A DNA stretch of 64,000 nt from Mycobacterium sp. (GCF_004298145.1 NZ_SCRH01000030.1:68526-132525), one strand, 5' to 3'; shown: positions 1 to 9,808, counted from the stretch's first letter. The notes: generated by a model from the letters alone, not told the origin. Made by a program: numbers and translations.

Positions 1-1
1 C

Positions 2-421
2 CGTACGCGCGCCGATATCGACGTCTGCCAGGGCGCCGAAGTCGCTTTCGCCGCCGGCGAAGACGAGTTGCGGGGGATGGTCGCGGGTCGCAAAAAGGAG
101 CTGGCCTTCAGCCTTGGCGGCATGGGATCGTCGAGCACCAATTTCTACAACCAGGCCTACAGTCGGCAGGGCTGGGCGGACGTCGCCGCCGAGGTCCGCG
201 AGCGCTGGCAGCGCGGCGACCGGGACGGAGCGGCCGGCTTGGTGACCGACGAGATGGTGTTGGCCACCACGCTCATCGGGACCGAGGAGATGGTTTCCGC
301 GCGCCTTGGGGTGTGGCGCGACGCCGGCGTGAACACCGTGCGGCTGTATCCCGCGGGCGACACGCTGGACGCCAAGCTGGCGACGTTGGGCCGGGCGATC
401 GAGCTGGTCCAGCGGACCTAG
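2..421 (+). CDS. LLM-class (probably F420-dependent) oxidoreductase, 3' fragment; gene starts left of the window
   Basis: Frame is open from position 2 (RTRADIDVCQGAEVAF...). The C-terminal pattern LAFSLGGMGS..NFYN.AY.RQGW...LIGTEE.V..RL..WRDAGV is typical of mycobacterial LLM oxidoreductases. Confidence 0.75.
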   Translation, partial: RTRADIDVCQGAEVAFAAGEDELRGMVAGRKKELAFSLGGMGSSSTNFYNQAYSRQGWADVAAEVRERWQRGDRDGAAGLVTDEMVLATTLIGTEEMVSARLGVWRDAGVNTVRLYPAGDTLDAKLATLGRAIELVQRT

Positions 422-1530
422 GTCACCGCGGTGGGGGCGTCGGCCGTCTTGACGAGTTTCACCTCCGGGCGCTCCGGCACCCCGGCGGCGAGGAACCACC
501 GGAAGGCCAGGTTGCCCTGCGGATAGCCCAGCGTGGTGAGGGAATTCGGGTGCGCCGTCTTTGCGCCGGACAGGACGATCGTCACCGAGCCGTCACTGTT
601 GGCGACGGCGCTGTGGCCGTTGATTGAGCAGCGGGCGTCGGGGCCCTCCGAGGGGCCATAGGTGGCCATGAACTGGTTCCACACCACCATGTTCCAGAAC
701 CTGCACGCGGGCGGCCGATGGGTGATCACCAGCGCCTCGTCCTCGTCGAGCACGAAACTGCCGTAGGAGTAGCAGGCGTCGCGCGCCGACCAGCCGAAGT
801 TGGCATCCGGTACCTGGTAGGGGTCGGCGAATGCGTTTGCCGCGTGGGCGGTTTCATGTCCGAGGGCGTGACTGTCGTCCAGCCGGTTCCCCACGGCCAG
901 CGGCACGATGGCGAACATGGTGCGCAGCCAGGTCGCGACCGCCCGCAGGCGCGCGGCGGTCTCCGCGTCACCGTGCCGGATGGGCGCCGGCTCGTCGAGC
1001 GCCTCGATCCGCCAGACGACCAGGCGCCCGGTCGCAGGATCGGCCTGGTAGTCGCGGGTCATCAGCACGGCCGCGCCGGCCGTCGGGGGGAATTCGAAGG
1101 AGAAGTTGCCGTCGGCGTCGACGTCGAGGTCGCTGTCGCGCACGATCGCGACGACCCGGTCCGACCACGCCCCGAGTGACGGCTCGTTGTAGGCGGTGAC
1201 CGAAAAGTACACGCTGTCACCCTTGTTCCCGCTGATGCGGTATCGACGCTCGGGATCAACCGGACAAATGAAGTAGTAGGCGTCGGTGTTGTCCCCGCCC
1301 CAGCGGCGGTCGCGGCGGAACGGAGTGTTGACCGCGACGAATTGCGGCCGACCGGGTTCGGGGAACAGGTAGGTGTCCAACGCCACGCCCAGGGTCGTGG
1401 CGAGCGTGCGGTAGCCGTCGGCGATGTGCCGGTCGTCGGTGACGGCGCGGTCGCCGGCCAAAAACGAGCGGTCCAGCTCGCCAAGGGTTTTCAGCAATTC
1501 CCGCCACGCGGTCGTCGATTCGTGCGTCAT
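418..1530 (-). CDS. DUF1214-like conserved protein (usual sulfotransferase partner)
   Basis: ATG at 1530 overlaps the TetR stop (ATGA coupling). Motifs WGGDNTDAYY, YRISGNKGDSVYFSVTAY, PPACRFWNMVVWNQFM and DGSVTIVLS fit the DUF1214-type family. Confidence 0.6.
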   Translation of the reverse strand: MTHESTTAWRELLKTLGELDRSFLAGDRAVTDDRHIADGYRTLATTLGVALDTYLFPEPGRPQFVAVNTPFRRDRRWGGDNTDAYYFICPVDPERRYRISGNKGDSVYFSVTAYNEPSLGAWSDRVVAIVRDSDLDVDADGNFSFEFPPTAGAAVLMTRDYQADPATGRLVVWRIEALDEPAPIRHGDAETAARLRAVATWLRTMFAIVPLAVGNRLDDSHALGHETAHAANAFADPYQVPDANFGWSARDACYSYGSFVLDEDEALVITHRPPACRFWNMVVWNQFMATYGPSEGPDARCSINGHSAVANSDGSVTIVLSGAKTAHPNSLTTLGYPQGNLAFRWFLAAGVPERPEVKLVKTADAPTAVT

Positions 1531-2102
1531 GCGCTGATTCCTTTCAGGAGCAACCGGGTGGTGCGATCGACCCACCCGTCATCGAGTTCGGTGACGCGGG
1601 TGAGCAGTGCCACCAGCGTGACGCCGGCGATGGTCTCGGCCAGTTCGGCCGCGGTCACGTCCGGCCGCACCTCACCACGGGCAGCGGCCGCCCCGAGCCA
1701 GTCGGCGAGGCCGCCGCCGATGACACCGGCGAAGCGCTCCAGCAGTGCCGAGTGCAGGCTCGGATCCGCGGCCATTTCGCCGATGAGGCCCGGCAGGGCG
1801 GCCTTGGCGGACGGCGTGGTGAGGAAATCCGTTGTGCGGCGCACCATCTCGCGCAGCCCGTCGGGTGTCGAGCCGGTTTCGGGGAGAGCGGTGCCGGCAC
1901 CGATCGGGAACACCGCCTCGTGCACCAGATGTGCCTTGCTGGGCCAGCGGCGGTAGATGGCGGGCTTGCTGGTACCCGCCCGCTGGGCAATGGCGGAGAC
2001 CAATAGCCCGGGATAGCCCGTCTCGGCGAGCAGTTCGACCGTCGCGCGTAACACCGCAGCGTCGATACGCGGGTCGCGGGGCCGGCCAAAATCAACAACC
2101 AT
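1527..2102 (-). CDS. TetR/AcrR family regulator
   Basis: N-terminal HTH GRPRDPRID...IAQRAGTSKPAIYRRWPSK; TetR_C-type tail. Confidence 0.92.
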   Translation of the reverse strand: MVVDFGRPRDPRIDAAVLRATVELLAETGYPGLLVSAIAQRAGTSKPAIYRRWPSKAHLVHEAVFPIGAGTALPETGSTPDGLREMVRRTTDFLTTPSAKAALPGLIGEMAADPSLHSALLERFAGVIGGGLADWLGAAAARGEVRPDVTAAELAETIAGVTLVALLTRVTELDDGWVDRTTRLLLKGISA

Positions 2103-2130
2103 TACGAAACTGAGAGTAACATAAGTCGCC
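2103..2130. promoter_or_regulatory. Overlapping divergent promoter/operator for TetR and sulfotransferase
   Basis: 28-bp AT-rich gap containing TTAC-N10-GTAA and a TANNNT (TAACAT, 2117-2122) 8 nt before the GTG at 2131. Confidence 0.4.
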
Positions 2131-3375
2131 GTGACCGATGCCGTTCGCTCCGTTTCCCTCGATGACCTGGCCGCACCCCGATTCAGTGCCGAGGGTCAGC
2201 AGATCCTCGACATGATGACCGCGATGGCCCCCGAGTGCCCCTTGGAGGCCGATGCCCTGCACGCCAAGGCCAGTGCGGACACCGGGCTGCGCGATTTCGG
2301 GCCCGACGACTACCGGGAACGCCTCGAGGTCTACCTCGCCGCCTTGCGCGAGATCGACGGTCTGCACGACGCCGGCGCGGTGAACTTCTACGGGCAACTC
2401 CTGCAGATCCTCAAAAACCGCTTGCTGCTGGCCGACCTGCTGAGGCGGCATCCCGAGATCAACGACATCGAATTGCGCTCGCCCGTGGTGATCGCCGGGT
2501 TGCCCCGCACCGGCACCACCCACCTGCACAACCTGCTGGCGGCGCCGCCCACCTTCCGCACCATGCCGTACTGGGAAAGCGTGGAGCCGTTCCCGTTGCC
2601 GAATGAGGTTGGCGCCCAACCGGATCCGCGGCGGATTCGGATGGACGTCGCGGTCGGGGTGATCAACATGGTGATGCCGCACTTCGCGCTCATGCACGAG
2701 ATGACGACCGACCACGTCCACGAGGAGATCCAGCTGCTGGCCAACGACGTTTCCACGATGCTGCTGGAGACGCTCGCCGAAGTGCCCCGCTGGCGTGACT
2801 ACTACCAGGCCCACGACCAGACGCCGCACTACGAATACCTGGCCACGCAGCTGCGGGCGATGCAGTTCCTGCGCGGGGGCCGGCGCTGGCTGCTCAAGTC
2901 GCCCCAGCATCTCGAACAGGTGCCGGTCCTGGATCGGGTCTTCTCCGACAGCATTGTCGTGTTCACCCACCGTGACCCCGTGCCGGTGGCACTGTCGATG
3001 ATCGCGATGATCACCTATTCGGCGCGTATGCACCGCTCGCCCGTGCCGGTCGAGCAGATAGCCAACTCCTGGATCGACCGCCTCGAGACGATGCTCAGCG
3101 CGCTGGTCCGCGACCGCGACACCATCGGCCCGGACCGCTCCATCGACATCCGGTTCGACGACTTCATGGCCGACGAAGTTGGCGTTGCCGAACGGGTCTA
3201 CACCCTGGCCGGCGAGCCCTTCACCGACGCGGCGCGCAACGCCATCGCCGATTACCTGGCCGGTCATCGCCGCGGCCGATTGGGCAACGCCGAAACGTCA
3301 TACGAGATGTTCGGGCTGAACGAGGACGACCTGCGCGAGCGCTTCGCGCCCTATGTCGAGCGGTTTCTGGCCTAA
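2131..3375 (+). CDS. Sulfotransferase family protein (Sulfotransfer_3 type)
   Basis: 5'-PSB loop GLPRTGTTHL, plus KSPQHL and HRDP motifs. Confidence 0.88.
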   Translation: MTDAVRSVSLDDLAAPRFSAEGQQILDMMTAMAPECPLEADALHAKASADTGLRDFGPDDYRERLEVYLAALREIDGLHDAGAVNFYGQLLQILKNRLLLADLLRRHPEINDIELRSPVVIAGLPRTGTTHLHNLLAAPPTFRTMPYWESVEPFPLPNEVGAQPDPRRIRMDVAVGVINMVMPHFALMHEMTTDHVHEEIQLLANDVSTMLLETLAEVPRWRDYYQAHDQTPHYEYLATQLRAMQFLRGGRRWLLKSPQHLEQVPVLDRVFSDSIVVFTHRDPVPVALSMIAMITYSARMHRSPVPVEQIANSWIDRLETMLSALVRDRDTIGPDRSIDIRFDDFMADEVGVAERVYTLAGEPFTDAARNAIADYLAGHRRGRLGNAETSYEMFGLNEDDLRERFAPYVERFLA

Positions 3376-3404
3376 CCGTTTCCGAGCCGCTACCTTCTCA
3401 ACAC

Positions 3405-4295
3405 ATGGTCACTATGCCCGAGCTGGACGGTGTCGAACACCGATACGTCGATCTGGGAAATGGCGTGACGATCCATGTCGCGGATGCGGGTCCGGCGAAC
3501 GGGCCGGTGGTGATGCTGGTGCACGGCTTCCCCCAGAACTGGTGGGAATGGCGCGAGCTGATCGGACCGTTGGCGGCCGACGGCTACCGGGTGTTGTGCC
3601 CGGACCTGCGCGGGGCGGGCTGGAGTTCGGCGCCCCGCTCCAGTTACCGCAAGGACGAGATGGCCGACGATCTGGCCGGCGTGCTGGATCGGTTGGGCGT
3701 CGCGTCGGTCAATCTGGTGGCCCACGACTGGGGTGGGCCGGTCGCATTCATCATGATGCTGCGCCACCCGGAAAAGGTGACCGGATTTTTCGGCGTGAAC
3801 ACCTCGGCGCCGTTCGTGAAGCGCTCGTTGTCGATGCTGCGCAATGTCTGGCGATTCTGGTACCAGATCCCGATCTCGTTGCCGATCATCGGCCCCCGGG
3901 TGATCAGCTCACCGAACTCCCGGTTCGTCCACCTGCTCGGGTCATGGGTCGGTGGTGGCTACACGCTGCCCGAGGAGGACATGCGGCTGTACCTCGAATG
4001 CATGCGCCAGCCCGGCCACGCCGAGGCGGGCTCGCGGTGGTATCGATCGTTCCAGACCAAAGAGATGCTGGGCTGGATGCGCGGCGAGTATGACGACGCT
4101 CGCGTCGGTGTTCCCGTCCGATGGCTTTCCGGCACCGAAGATCCGGTGCTCACCCCGGATCTGCTGCAGGGATACGCCGAGCGCATCAGCGATTTCCAGC
4201 TCGAACTGGTCGACGGTGTCGGTCATTGGATCGTCGACCAGCGGCCCGAACTGGTCCTGGACCGGGTCCGCGCCTTCCTCAACGCCCAAACTTAG
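3405..4295 (+). CDS. ephF: Epoxide hydrolase-type alpha/beta hydrolase (EphF-like)
   Basis: HGFPQ oxyanion motif, AHDWG nucleophile Asp, C-terminal GHW. Position upstream of the TetR/cyp138 pair matches Rv0134. Start may be ATG 3414. Confidence 0.75.
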   Translation: MVTMPELDGVEHRYVDLGNGVTIHVADAGPANGPVVMLVHGFPQNWWEWRELIGPLAADGYRVLCPDLRGAGWSSAPRSSYRKDEMADDLAGVLDRLGVASVNLVAHDWGGPVAFIMMLRHPEKVTGFFGVNTSAPFVKRSLSMLRNVWRFWYQIPISLPIIGPRVISSPNSRFVHLLGSWVGGGYTLPEEDMRLYLECMRQPGHAEAGSRWYRSFQTKEMLGWMRGEYDDARVGVPVRWLSGTEDPVLTPDLLQGYAERISDFQLELVDGVGHWIVDQRPELVLDRVRAFLNAQT

Positions 4296-4321
4296 TTCGC
4301 GGTAAGGCCTTTCGGCGTGTC

Positions 4322-4534
4322 CTAGTCGACGCCGATGGTGACTTCCGTCGATTTGATGAACACGGACGCCGGCTGCCCCACCTTGAGCCCGAGGTCGGTC
4401 GCGGCGTCCTTGGTGACCGACGACGTCACGACCTGGTCGCCACCGTCGAGCGTCACCTTCACCACGGCCATCACGGCACCGATTTCGACGTCGGTGATCT
4501 TTCCCCTGAGCTGGTTTCGAGTCGAGAGCCGCAT
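4322..4534 (-). CDS. Single TOBE-domain molybdate-binding protein (Mop/molbindin)
   Basis: 70 aa MRLSTRNQLRGKI...SSVT..AA.DLGL.VG....FIKSTEV is the Mop signature. GGAGG lies 8 nt upstream of ATG 4534. Confidence 0.88.
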   Translation of the reverse strand: MRLSTRNQLRGKITDVEIGAVMAVVKVTLDGGDQVVTSSVTKDAATDLGLKVGQPASVFIKSTEVTIGVD

Positions 4535-4639
4535 CGCAGAATCCTCCATGTCAGAACGGGCGTGTCTGCGATGAGCGTAGCCCCACCAAGCCCGGCCCGG
4601 AATGGCTTGTGACACTCCCGTTTACGGGAGCGGCCGCAT

Positions 4640-5245
4640 CTAGTGTCGCGGACCGAGCAGGGCTACGGACGCATCCACGGCCGGTTCAACGATTCCTCGG
4701 ACCGGCTTTCCGTCTTCGACCGCAAGTGCGGTCAGCTCCCGCAGCCCGCCCAACAGGATCACCGCCAGCGGCGCGGTCAACGGGGGCAGCTCCGCGCGCC
4801 GGAAACCCGGGCTGGCGCTGAGGTCGATCAACAGGTTGGACAACAACTGCAGCCCGCGGCGCTGCACCGGGCGGGCGGCGGCGCCGAGCGACGGCAGCTC
4901 CCGAATCCAGCTCAACGTGATGGCCGGCCGGGATTCGATGTGTCCGACGTAGGCCTCGACCGCCTGGCGGATCTGCGCGTGCCATTCGGCCTCGGGATCG
5001 ACCGAGGCTCCGATGCGCTCGCCGAGCTTCTCGATATCGGTGCGCAGCAACTCCAGGAAGCACTCTTCCCGGCCGGCGAACTGGCCGTAGAAGGTGCGCT
5101 TGGAGGTGCGGGCGTAACGGACGATGTCGGCCACCGTGCTGGCGCGGTACCCGCGCTCGCCGATCGAGGCGGCCAGGCCGTCGAGCAACCGCAGCCGAAA
5201 CGGGTCGACCTCCGCCAGATCCGGGGCGCCATCCGTTGCTGTCAT
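4640..5245 (-). CDS. TetR family regulator (Rv0135c-like), divergent from cyp138
   Basis: HTH TVADIVRYARTSKRTFY; ATG 5245 chosen over the long upstream extension in the ORF track. Confidence 0.88.
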   Translation of the reverse strand: MTATDGAPDLAEVDPFRLRLLDGLAASIGERGYRASTVADIVRYARTSKRTFYGQFAGREECFLELLRTDIEKLGERIGASVDPEAEWHAQIRQAVEAYVGHIESRPAITLSWIRELPSLGAAARPVQRRGLQLLSNLLIDLSASPGFRRAELPPLTAPLAVILLGGLRELTALAVEDGKPVRGIVEPAVDASVALLGPRH

Positions 5246-5300
5246 CGCTGATGTCACGTCCGGCGCCTCCGTTCCGTTCGATACGCGTCTTGTCAGGGTT

Positions 5301-5349
5301 GGTACTTCAGAGTACCGTACTGGGAAAGGTTGCGGTACACCGTCGTACC
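5301..5349. promoter_or_regulatory. Two palindromic GGTAC-N6-GTACC sites (candidate TetR operators)
   Basis: GGTACTTCAGAGTACC (5301-5316) and GGTACACCGTCGTACC (5334-5349) between the divergent TetR and cyp138 genes. Confidence 0.65.
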
Positions 5350-5390
5350 ACCCCGGTTCCCGGGGCCTGATATTGGGGAGCGTCACCGCC

Positions 5391-6716
5391 ATGAGTGAAC
5401 TGGTCACCGCCGCGCCGGCGTCCACCACGGTCAAGTTGCCCCCCGCCCCCCGCATCCCAAAAGCACTGCAGGGGCTGGGGTTTGCACTGTCGCGCCGAGG
5501 GATGATGGCGCGCCTGGCACGCCGTTACGGTGACGCGTTCACGTTGAATCTGCCGATGTACGGCCGCGTGGTGGTGGTCGGCGATGCGCAGCTGGCCAAG
5601 CAGATCTTCACCACCGGCCCCGAAGATCTCGGCAACATCCAGCCCAACCTGAGCCGGCTGTTCGGCTCCGGTTCCGTTTTCGCGCTCGACGGCGAGCCCC
5701 ACCGCCGCCGGCGGCGGTTGCTGGCGCCGCCGTTTCATGGCAAGAGCATCAAAAACTACGAGACCATCATCGAAGAAGAGACGTTGCGGGAGATCGCCGG
5801 CTGGCCGGACGGCACGCCGTTCGCGACGCTGCCGTCCACGATGCACATCACGCTGAACGCCATCCTGCGCGCTGTCTTCGGGGCCGAAGGCACCGAGCTC
5901 GATGAGCTGCGCCGGCTCATCCCGCCGTGGGTCACGTTGGGCTCGCGCATGGCGACGGTTCCCAAACCCCAACGCACATATGGCCGCTACACCCCGTGGG
6001 GACGGCTCGAAGACTGGCGCCGCCGATACGACGCCGTGATTGACAAGCTGATCGACGCCGAGCGCGCGGATCCGGATTTCGATGATCGCGCCGACGTGCT
6101 CGCGCTGATGCTGCGCAGCACCTACGAGGACGGTTCGACCATGTCGCGCAAGGATATTGGCGACGAACTGCTCACGCTGCTGGCGGCCGGGCACGAAACG
6201 ACGGCGGCGACGCTGGCCTGGGCGTTCGAGAGGCTGACGCGGGATCCCGATGTGCTCGCGGCCCTCGCCCGGGAGGCGGACGAGGGCGGCAACGAGTTGC
6301 GGCAGGCGACCATCCTGGAGGTCCAGCGGGTAAGGACCGTCATCGATTTCGCGCCGCGCCGTGTCTACGCGCCGAGGTTCCAACTCGGCGAGTGGGTCAT
6401 TCCGCGGGGATGCTCGATCATCGTGGGAATCGCCCAGATCCACGAGGATCCCGCCGTCTTCGCCGACCCGGAGCGTTTCGATCCGCAGCGTTACCTCGGA
6501 ACCAAGCCGTCATCGTTCGCGTGGATCCCCTTCGGCGGCGGGACCCGCCGCTGCGTGGGGGCGACGTTCGCCAACATGGAAATGGATGTCGTGCTGCGAA
6601 CGGTGTTGCGCCACTTCACAATCGAGACGACGAGCGCGCCGGGGGAACGCCGGCACTGCCGGGGAGTCGCCTACACACCGAAAGACGGTGGGCGGATCGT
6701 GGTGCGCCGCCGCTGA
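5391..6716 (+). CDS. cyp138: Cytochrome P450 (CYP138-like)
   Basis: I-helix AAGHETT, EVQR (ExxR), heme motif FGGGTRRCVG; 441 aa; syntenic with Rv0136. Confidence 0.85.
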   Translation: MSELVTAAPASTTVKLPPAPRIPKALQGLGFALSRRGMMARLARRYGDAFTLNLPMYGRVVVVGDAQLAKQIFTTGPEDLGNIQPNLSRLFGSGSVFALDGEPHRRRRRLLAPPFHGKSIKNYETIIEEETLREIAGWPDGTPFATLPSTMHITLNAILRAVFGAEGTELDELRRLIPPWVTLGSRMATVPKPQRTYGRYTPWGRLEDWRRRYDAVIDKLIDAERADPDFDDRADVLALMLRSTYEDGSTMSRKDIGDELLTLLAAGHETTAATLAWAFERLTRDPDVLAALAREADEGGNELRQATILEVQRVRTVIDFAPRRVYAPRFQLGEWVIPRGCSIIVGIAQIHEDPAVFADPERFDPQRYLGTKPSSFAWIPFGGGTRRCVGATFANMEMDVVLRTVLRHFTIETTSAPGERRHCRGVAYTPKDGGRIVVRRR

Positions 6717-6730
6717 ACCCGGCTGGCTCG

Positions 6731-7243
6731 CTACTGGTTCGAGGCGGCCCGGTGCGGCAGTTTCCAGCCGGGGCGGATGTAGTGGCAGGTGTATCCGCTC
6801 GGATAGTGCTGCAGATAGTCCTGGTGCTCGGGCTCGGCTTCCCAGAAGTCGCCCGCGGGGCTGATCTCGGTCACCACCTTGCCGGGCCACAGGCCGGACG
6901 CCTCGACGTCGGCGACGGTGTCCAGCGCGATCCGCTTCTGGTCCTCGTCCAGATAGAAGATGGCCGACCGGTAACTGGTCCCGCGGTCATTGCCCTGGCG
7001 GTCTTTCGTTGTCGGATCGTGGATCTGGAAGAAGAACTCCAGCATCGCGCGGTAGTCGGTGACCGCAGGGTCATAGCCGATCTCGATCGCCTCGGCGTGC
7101 GTGCCGTGATTGCGGTAGGTCGCATTGGGGACGTCACCGCCGGTGTAACCGACCCGGGTCGAAACCACACCCGGCTGCTTGCGGATCAATTCCTGCATCC
7201 CCCAAAAGCAGCCGCCGGCGAGAATCGCTTTCTCGTTGGTCAT
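6731..7243 (-). CDS. msrA: Peptide methionine sulfoxide reductase A
   Basis: GCFWG catalytic motif, [28 protein letters not shown]; GGAGG upstream of ATG 7243. Confidence 0.96.
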   Translation of the reverse strand: MTNEKAILAGGCFWGMQELIRKQPGVVSTRVGYTGGDVPNATYRNHGTHAEAIEIGYDPAVTDYRAMLEFFFQIHDPTTKDRQGNDRGTSYRSAIFYLDEDQKRIALDTVADVEASGLWPGKVVTEISPAGDFWEAEPEHQDYLQHYPSGYTCHYIRPGWKLPHRAASNQ

Positions 7244-7319
7244 CGTTCGTCCTCCATCACCGGCCAGCAATGACGCCAGGTTACACTCCGCCGATGAGCT
7301 GCAATGGTGCCGCGAAATC

Positions 7320-7826
7320 ATGAGCACGCCGAAGTTCTCCCGTAGCGAACTGGCCGCCGCCTTCGAAAAATTCGAAGCGACCGTCGATACGGCGGCGCAG
7401 TCGCAGGACTGGGACGCATGGGTCCAGCACTACACACCCGATGTCTTGTACATCGAACACGCGGCGGGCACCATGCATGGCCGCGACGAGGTCCGCGAGT
7501 GGATCAGCCGGACGATGGGCAGCTTTCCCGGCAGCCACATGGTCGCGTTCCCGTCGCTGTGGTCGGTGATCGACGAGCCCACCGGACGCGTCATCATGGA
7601 ACTCGACAACCCGATGCGCGATCCCGGCGACGGCACCGTCATCGGCGCGACGAACATCTCGATCATCACCTATGCCGGCGACGGCCTGTGGCGTCAGCAG
7701 GAAGACATCTACAACCCGCTGCGCTTCGTGCAGGCCACGTTGAAGTGGTGCCGCAAGGCGCAGGAGCTCGGCACCCTCGACGAGGCCGGCGCGCAATTCA
7801 TGCGGCAGTACGGAGGCGCCGAGTGA
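7320..7826 (+). CDS. SnoaL-like/NTF2-fold protein (Rv0138-like)
   Basis: NTF2 pattern ([11 protein letters not shown]...GRDEV..W; W...EDIYNP); synteny. Confidence 0.75.
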   Translation: MSTPKFSRSELAAAFEKFEATVDTAAQSQDWDAWVQHYTPDVLYIEHAAGTMHGRDEVREWISRTMGSFPGSHMVAFPSLWSVIDEPTGRVIMELDNPMRDPGDGTVIGATNISIITYAGDGLWRQQEDIYNPLRFVQATLKWCRKAQELGTLDEAGAQFMRQYGGAE

Positions 7827-8854
7827 GCACCAAGCCCAAGCTGGTGATCGGTGCCAATGGCTTTCTCGGTTCACACGTCACCCGCCAGCTCGTTGCCAAG
7901 GGCGCATCGGAGAATTTCGAAGTGCGGGCGATGGTGCGTGCCGGCGCCAACACCCGCGCCATCGATGACCTCGCGGTGACCCGGTTTCACGGCGACGTGT
8001 TCGACACCGCCGTGCTGCAGGAGGCGATGGACGGCGTCGACGACGTCTACTACTGCGTCGTCGACACCCGCGCCTGGCTGCGCGACCCGTCACCGTTGTT
8101 CCGCACCAACGTCGAAGGCCTGGGCAACGTTCTCGATGTTGCCGTCGGAGAACCCGCCCTGCGCCGGTTCATCTTCACCAGCACCTATGCGACGGTGGGC
8201 CGCCGCCACGGGCACGTGGCGACCGAAGACGACCTGATCGACGCGCGCGGGCTGACGCCCTATGTGCGGTCCCGGGTTCAGGCCGAAAACCTGGTGATGC
8301 GGTTCGTGGACGAAGCGGGGTTGCCCGCCGTGGCGATGTGTGTGTCAACGACTTACGGCAGCGGGGACTGGGGCCGCACCCCACACGGTGCGTTCATCGC
8401 CGGCGCCGTCTTCGGCAAGCTGCCCTTCACGATGGACGGGATCCAGCTCGAGGTCGTCGGCGTCACCGACGCCGCCCGGGCCATGATCGCCGCCGCCGAC
8501 CGCGGGCGCATCGGCGAGCGGTACCTGATTTCCGAGCGGATGATCGCCTTGACGGAGGTGGTGCGGATCGCGGCCGACGAAGCCGGTGTGCCGCCACCGC
8601 GACGTTCGATCTCCGTTCCGGTGCTGTACGCCCTCGGCGCGCTGGGCAGTCTGCGAGCCCGGCTCACCGGCAAGGACGCCGAGCTCAGCCTCGCGTCGGT
8701 GCGCATGATGCGTGCCGAAGCGCCCGTCGATCACAGCAAGGCCGTCCGCGAATTGGGTTGGCAGCCGCGCCCGGTCGAGGAATCCATCCGGGAGGCGGCT
8801 CGGTTCTGGTCGGCGATGCGAAATGCCAAGGGTAGGAGCATGACTCCCGGCTGA
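7823..8854 (+). CDS. NAD-dependent epimerase/dehydratase family oxidoreductase (Rv0139-like)
   Basis: GANGFLG Rossmann motif, FTSTYAT, YVRSR; GTG overlaps the upstream stop. Confidence 0.85.
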   Translation: MSTKPKLVIGANGFLGSHVTRQLVAKGASENFEVRAMVRAGANTRAIDDLAVTRFHGDVFDTAVLQEAMDGVDDVYYCVVDTRAWLRDPSPLFRTNVEGLGNVLDVAVGEPALRRFIFTSTYATVGRRHGHVATEDDLIDARGLTPYVRSRVQAENLVMRFVDEAGLPAVAMCVSTTYGSGDWGRTPHGAFIAGAVFGKLPFTMDGIQLEVVGVTDAARAMIAAADRGRIGERYLISERMIALTEVVRIAADEAGVPPPRRSISVPVLYALGALGSLRARLTGKDAELSLASVRMMRAEAPVDHSKAVRELGWQPRPVEESIREAARFWSAMRNAKGRSMTPG

Positions 8855-8918
8855 ACACCACGCCGACCGTTGTTCAGGGCGCAGCGCGGCGCCTGGTGCG
8901 GGACTAGCCTCGGGCGGT

Positions 8919-9749
8919 GTGAATACCGCACGAGTGTCCGTCGATCTCACCGGGGCGCCCCAGACCATGCTCGCGACGTTGTACGCCAAGGCGCTGGACG
9001 CCGACTTCCCGAAGCCGGTCCTGGGCGATCGGTACGCGAAGGAGATCGTCGAGCGCATCGACTACGACTGGAAGAAGACGACCATCACCGCCCGGCGGGC
9101 GCCGTCGGTGACCACCCGTTCCGCGCATTTCGATGAGTGGACGCGCGAATTCCTTGCAGCGCACCCGTGTTCGACCGTGCTGCACCTGGGCTGCGGGCTG
9201 GACAGCCGGTTTTTCCGCTTACAGCCGGGTCCGGACGTCCAGTGGTACGACGTCGACTACCCCGAGGTCGCCGCGCTGCGCGCCCAGCTTTACCCGAGCC
9301 GCGATCACTACCGCGTCATCGCCGCCTCGGTCACCGACCCGGCATGGCTGGCCGAAATCCCCGCCGACCGTCCCACACTGATGATCGGGGAGGGGCTGAC
9401 CATGTACCTGACCGAGCAGGACGGCACCGCGCTGCTGCGTCGGGTCGTCGACCGGTTCGGTTCGGGTGAGTTGCAGTTCGACGCTTTCAATTGGCTCGGG
9501 ATCAAGTCGCAATGGCTCAACACAGTGGTGCGACGGTCGGGGTCCACACTGCGGTGGGCGATCAACGGGCCAGACGACATCATCGAAGCCGTACCATCGG
9601 TGCGGCTGCTGGCCTGGGAGCGATGGTTTGAGTCGTACACCTTCGCGCAGCTGCCACGCTCAGCCCGGGTGCTGGCCAGGTTCATGGCGCAGGTCCAGGC
9701 CGTGGCGAACATGTCGCAATATCACCGCTACGCATTCGGTCCGGCCTGA
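8919..9749 (+). CDS. Class I SAM-dependent methyltransferase (LCM/O-methyltransferase type)
   Basis: TMLATLYAKALD, LGCGLDSR, WYDVDYPEV, GEGLTMYL. Confidence 0.88.
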   Translation: MNTARVSVDLTGAPQTMLATLYAKALDADFPKPVLGDRYAKEIVERIDYDWKKTTITARRAPSVTTRSAHFDEWTREFLAAHPCSTVLHLGCGLDSRFFRLQPGPDVQWYDVDYPEVAALRAQLYPSRDHYRVIAASVTDPAWLAEIPADRPTLMIGEGLTMYLTEQDGTALLRRVVDRFGSGELQFDAFNWLGIKSQWLNTVVRRSGSTLRWAINGPDDIIEAVPSVRLLAWERWFESYTFAQLPRSARVLARFMAQVQAVANMSQYHRYAFGPA

Positions 9750-9750
9750 C

Positions 9751-9778
9751 GGGAAGTCTTGACCTCCGCCCTGTGTTG
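9751..9778 (+). promoter_or_regulatory. SigH/SigE-like promoter upstream of the DUF427 gene
   Basis: GGAA (9752-9755)-N19-GTT (9775-9777), matching the mycobacterial ECF consensus GGAA-N18/19-GTT. Confidence 0.5.
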
Positions 9779-9808
9779 CACCCCTTACCCGTATCTGAGG
9801 AGGAGACC

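Noticed and set aside
5124-5455. Long N-terminal extensions of cyp138 and its TetR in the ORF track
   Set aside because: They would overlap each other and the operator region; the internal ATGs (5391, 5245) give family-typical lengths.
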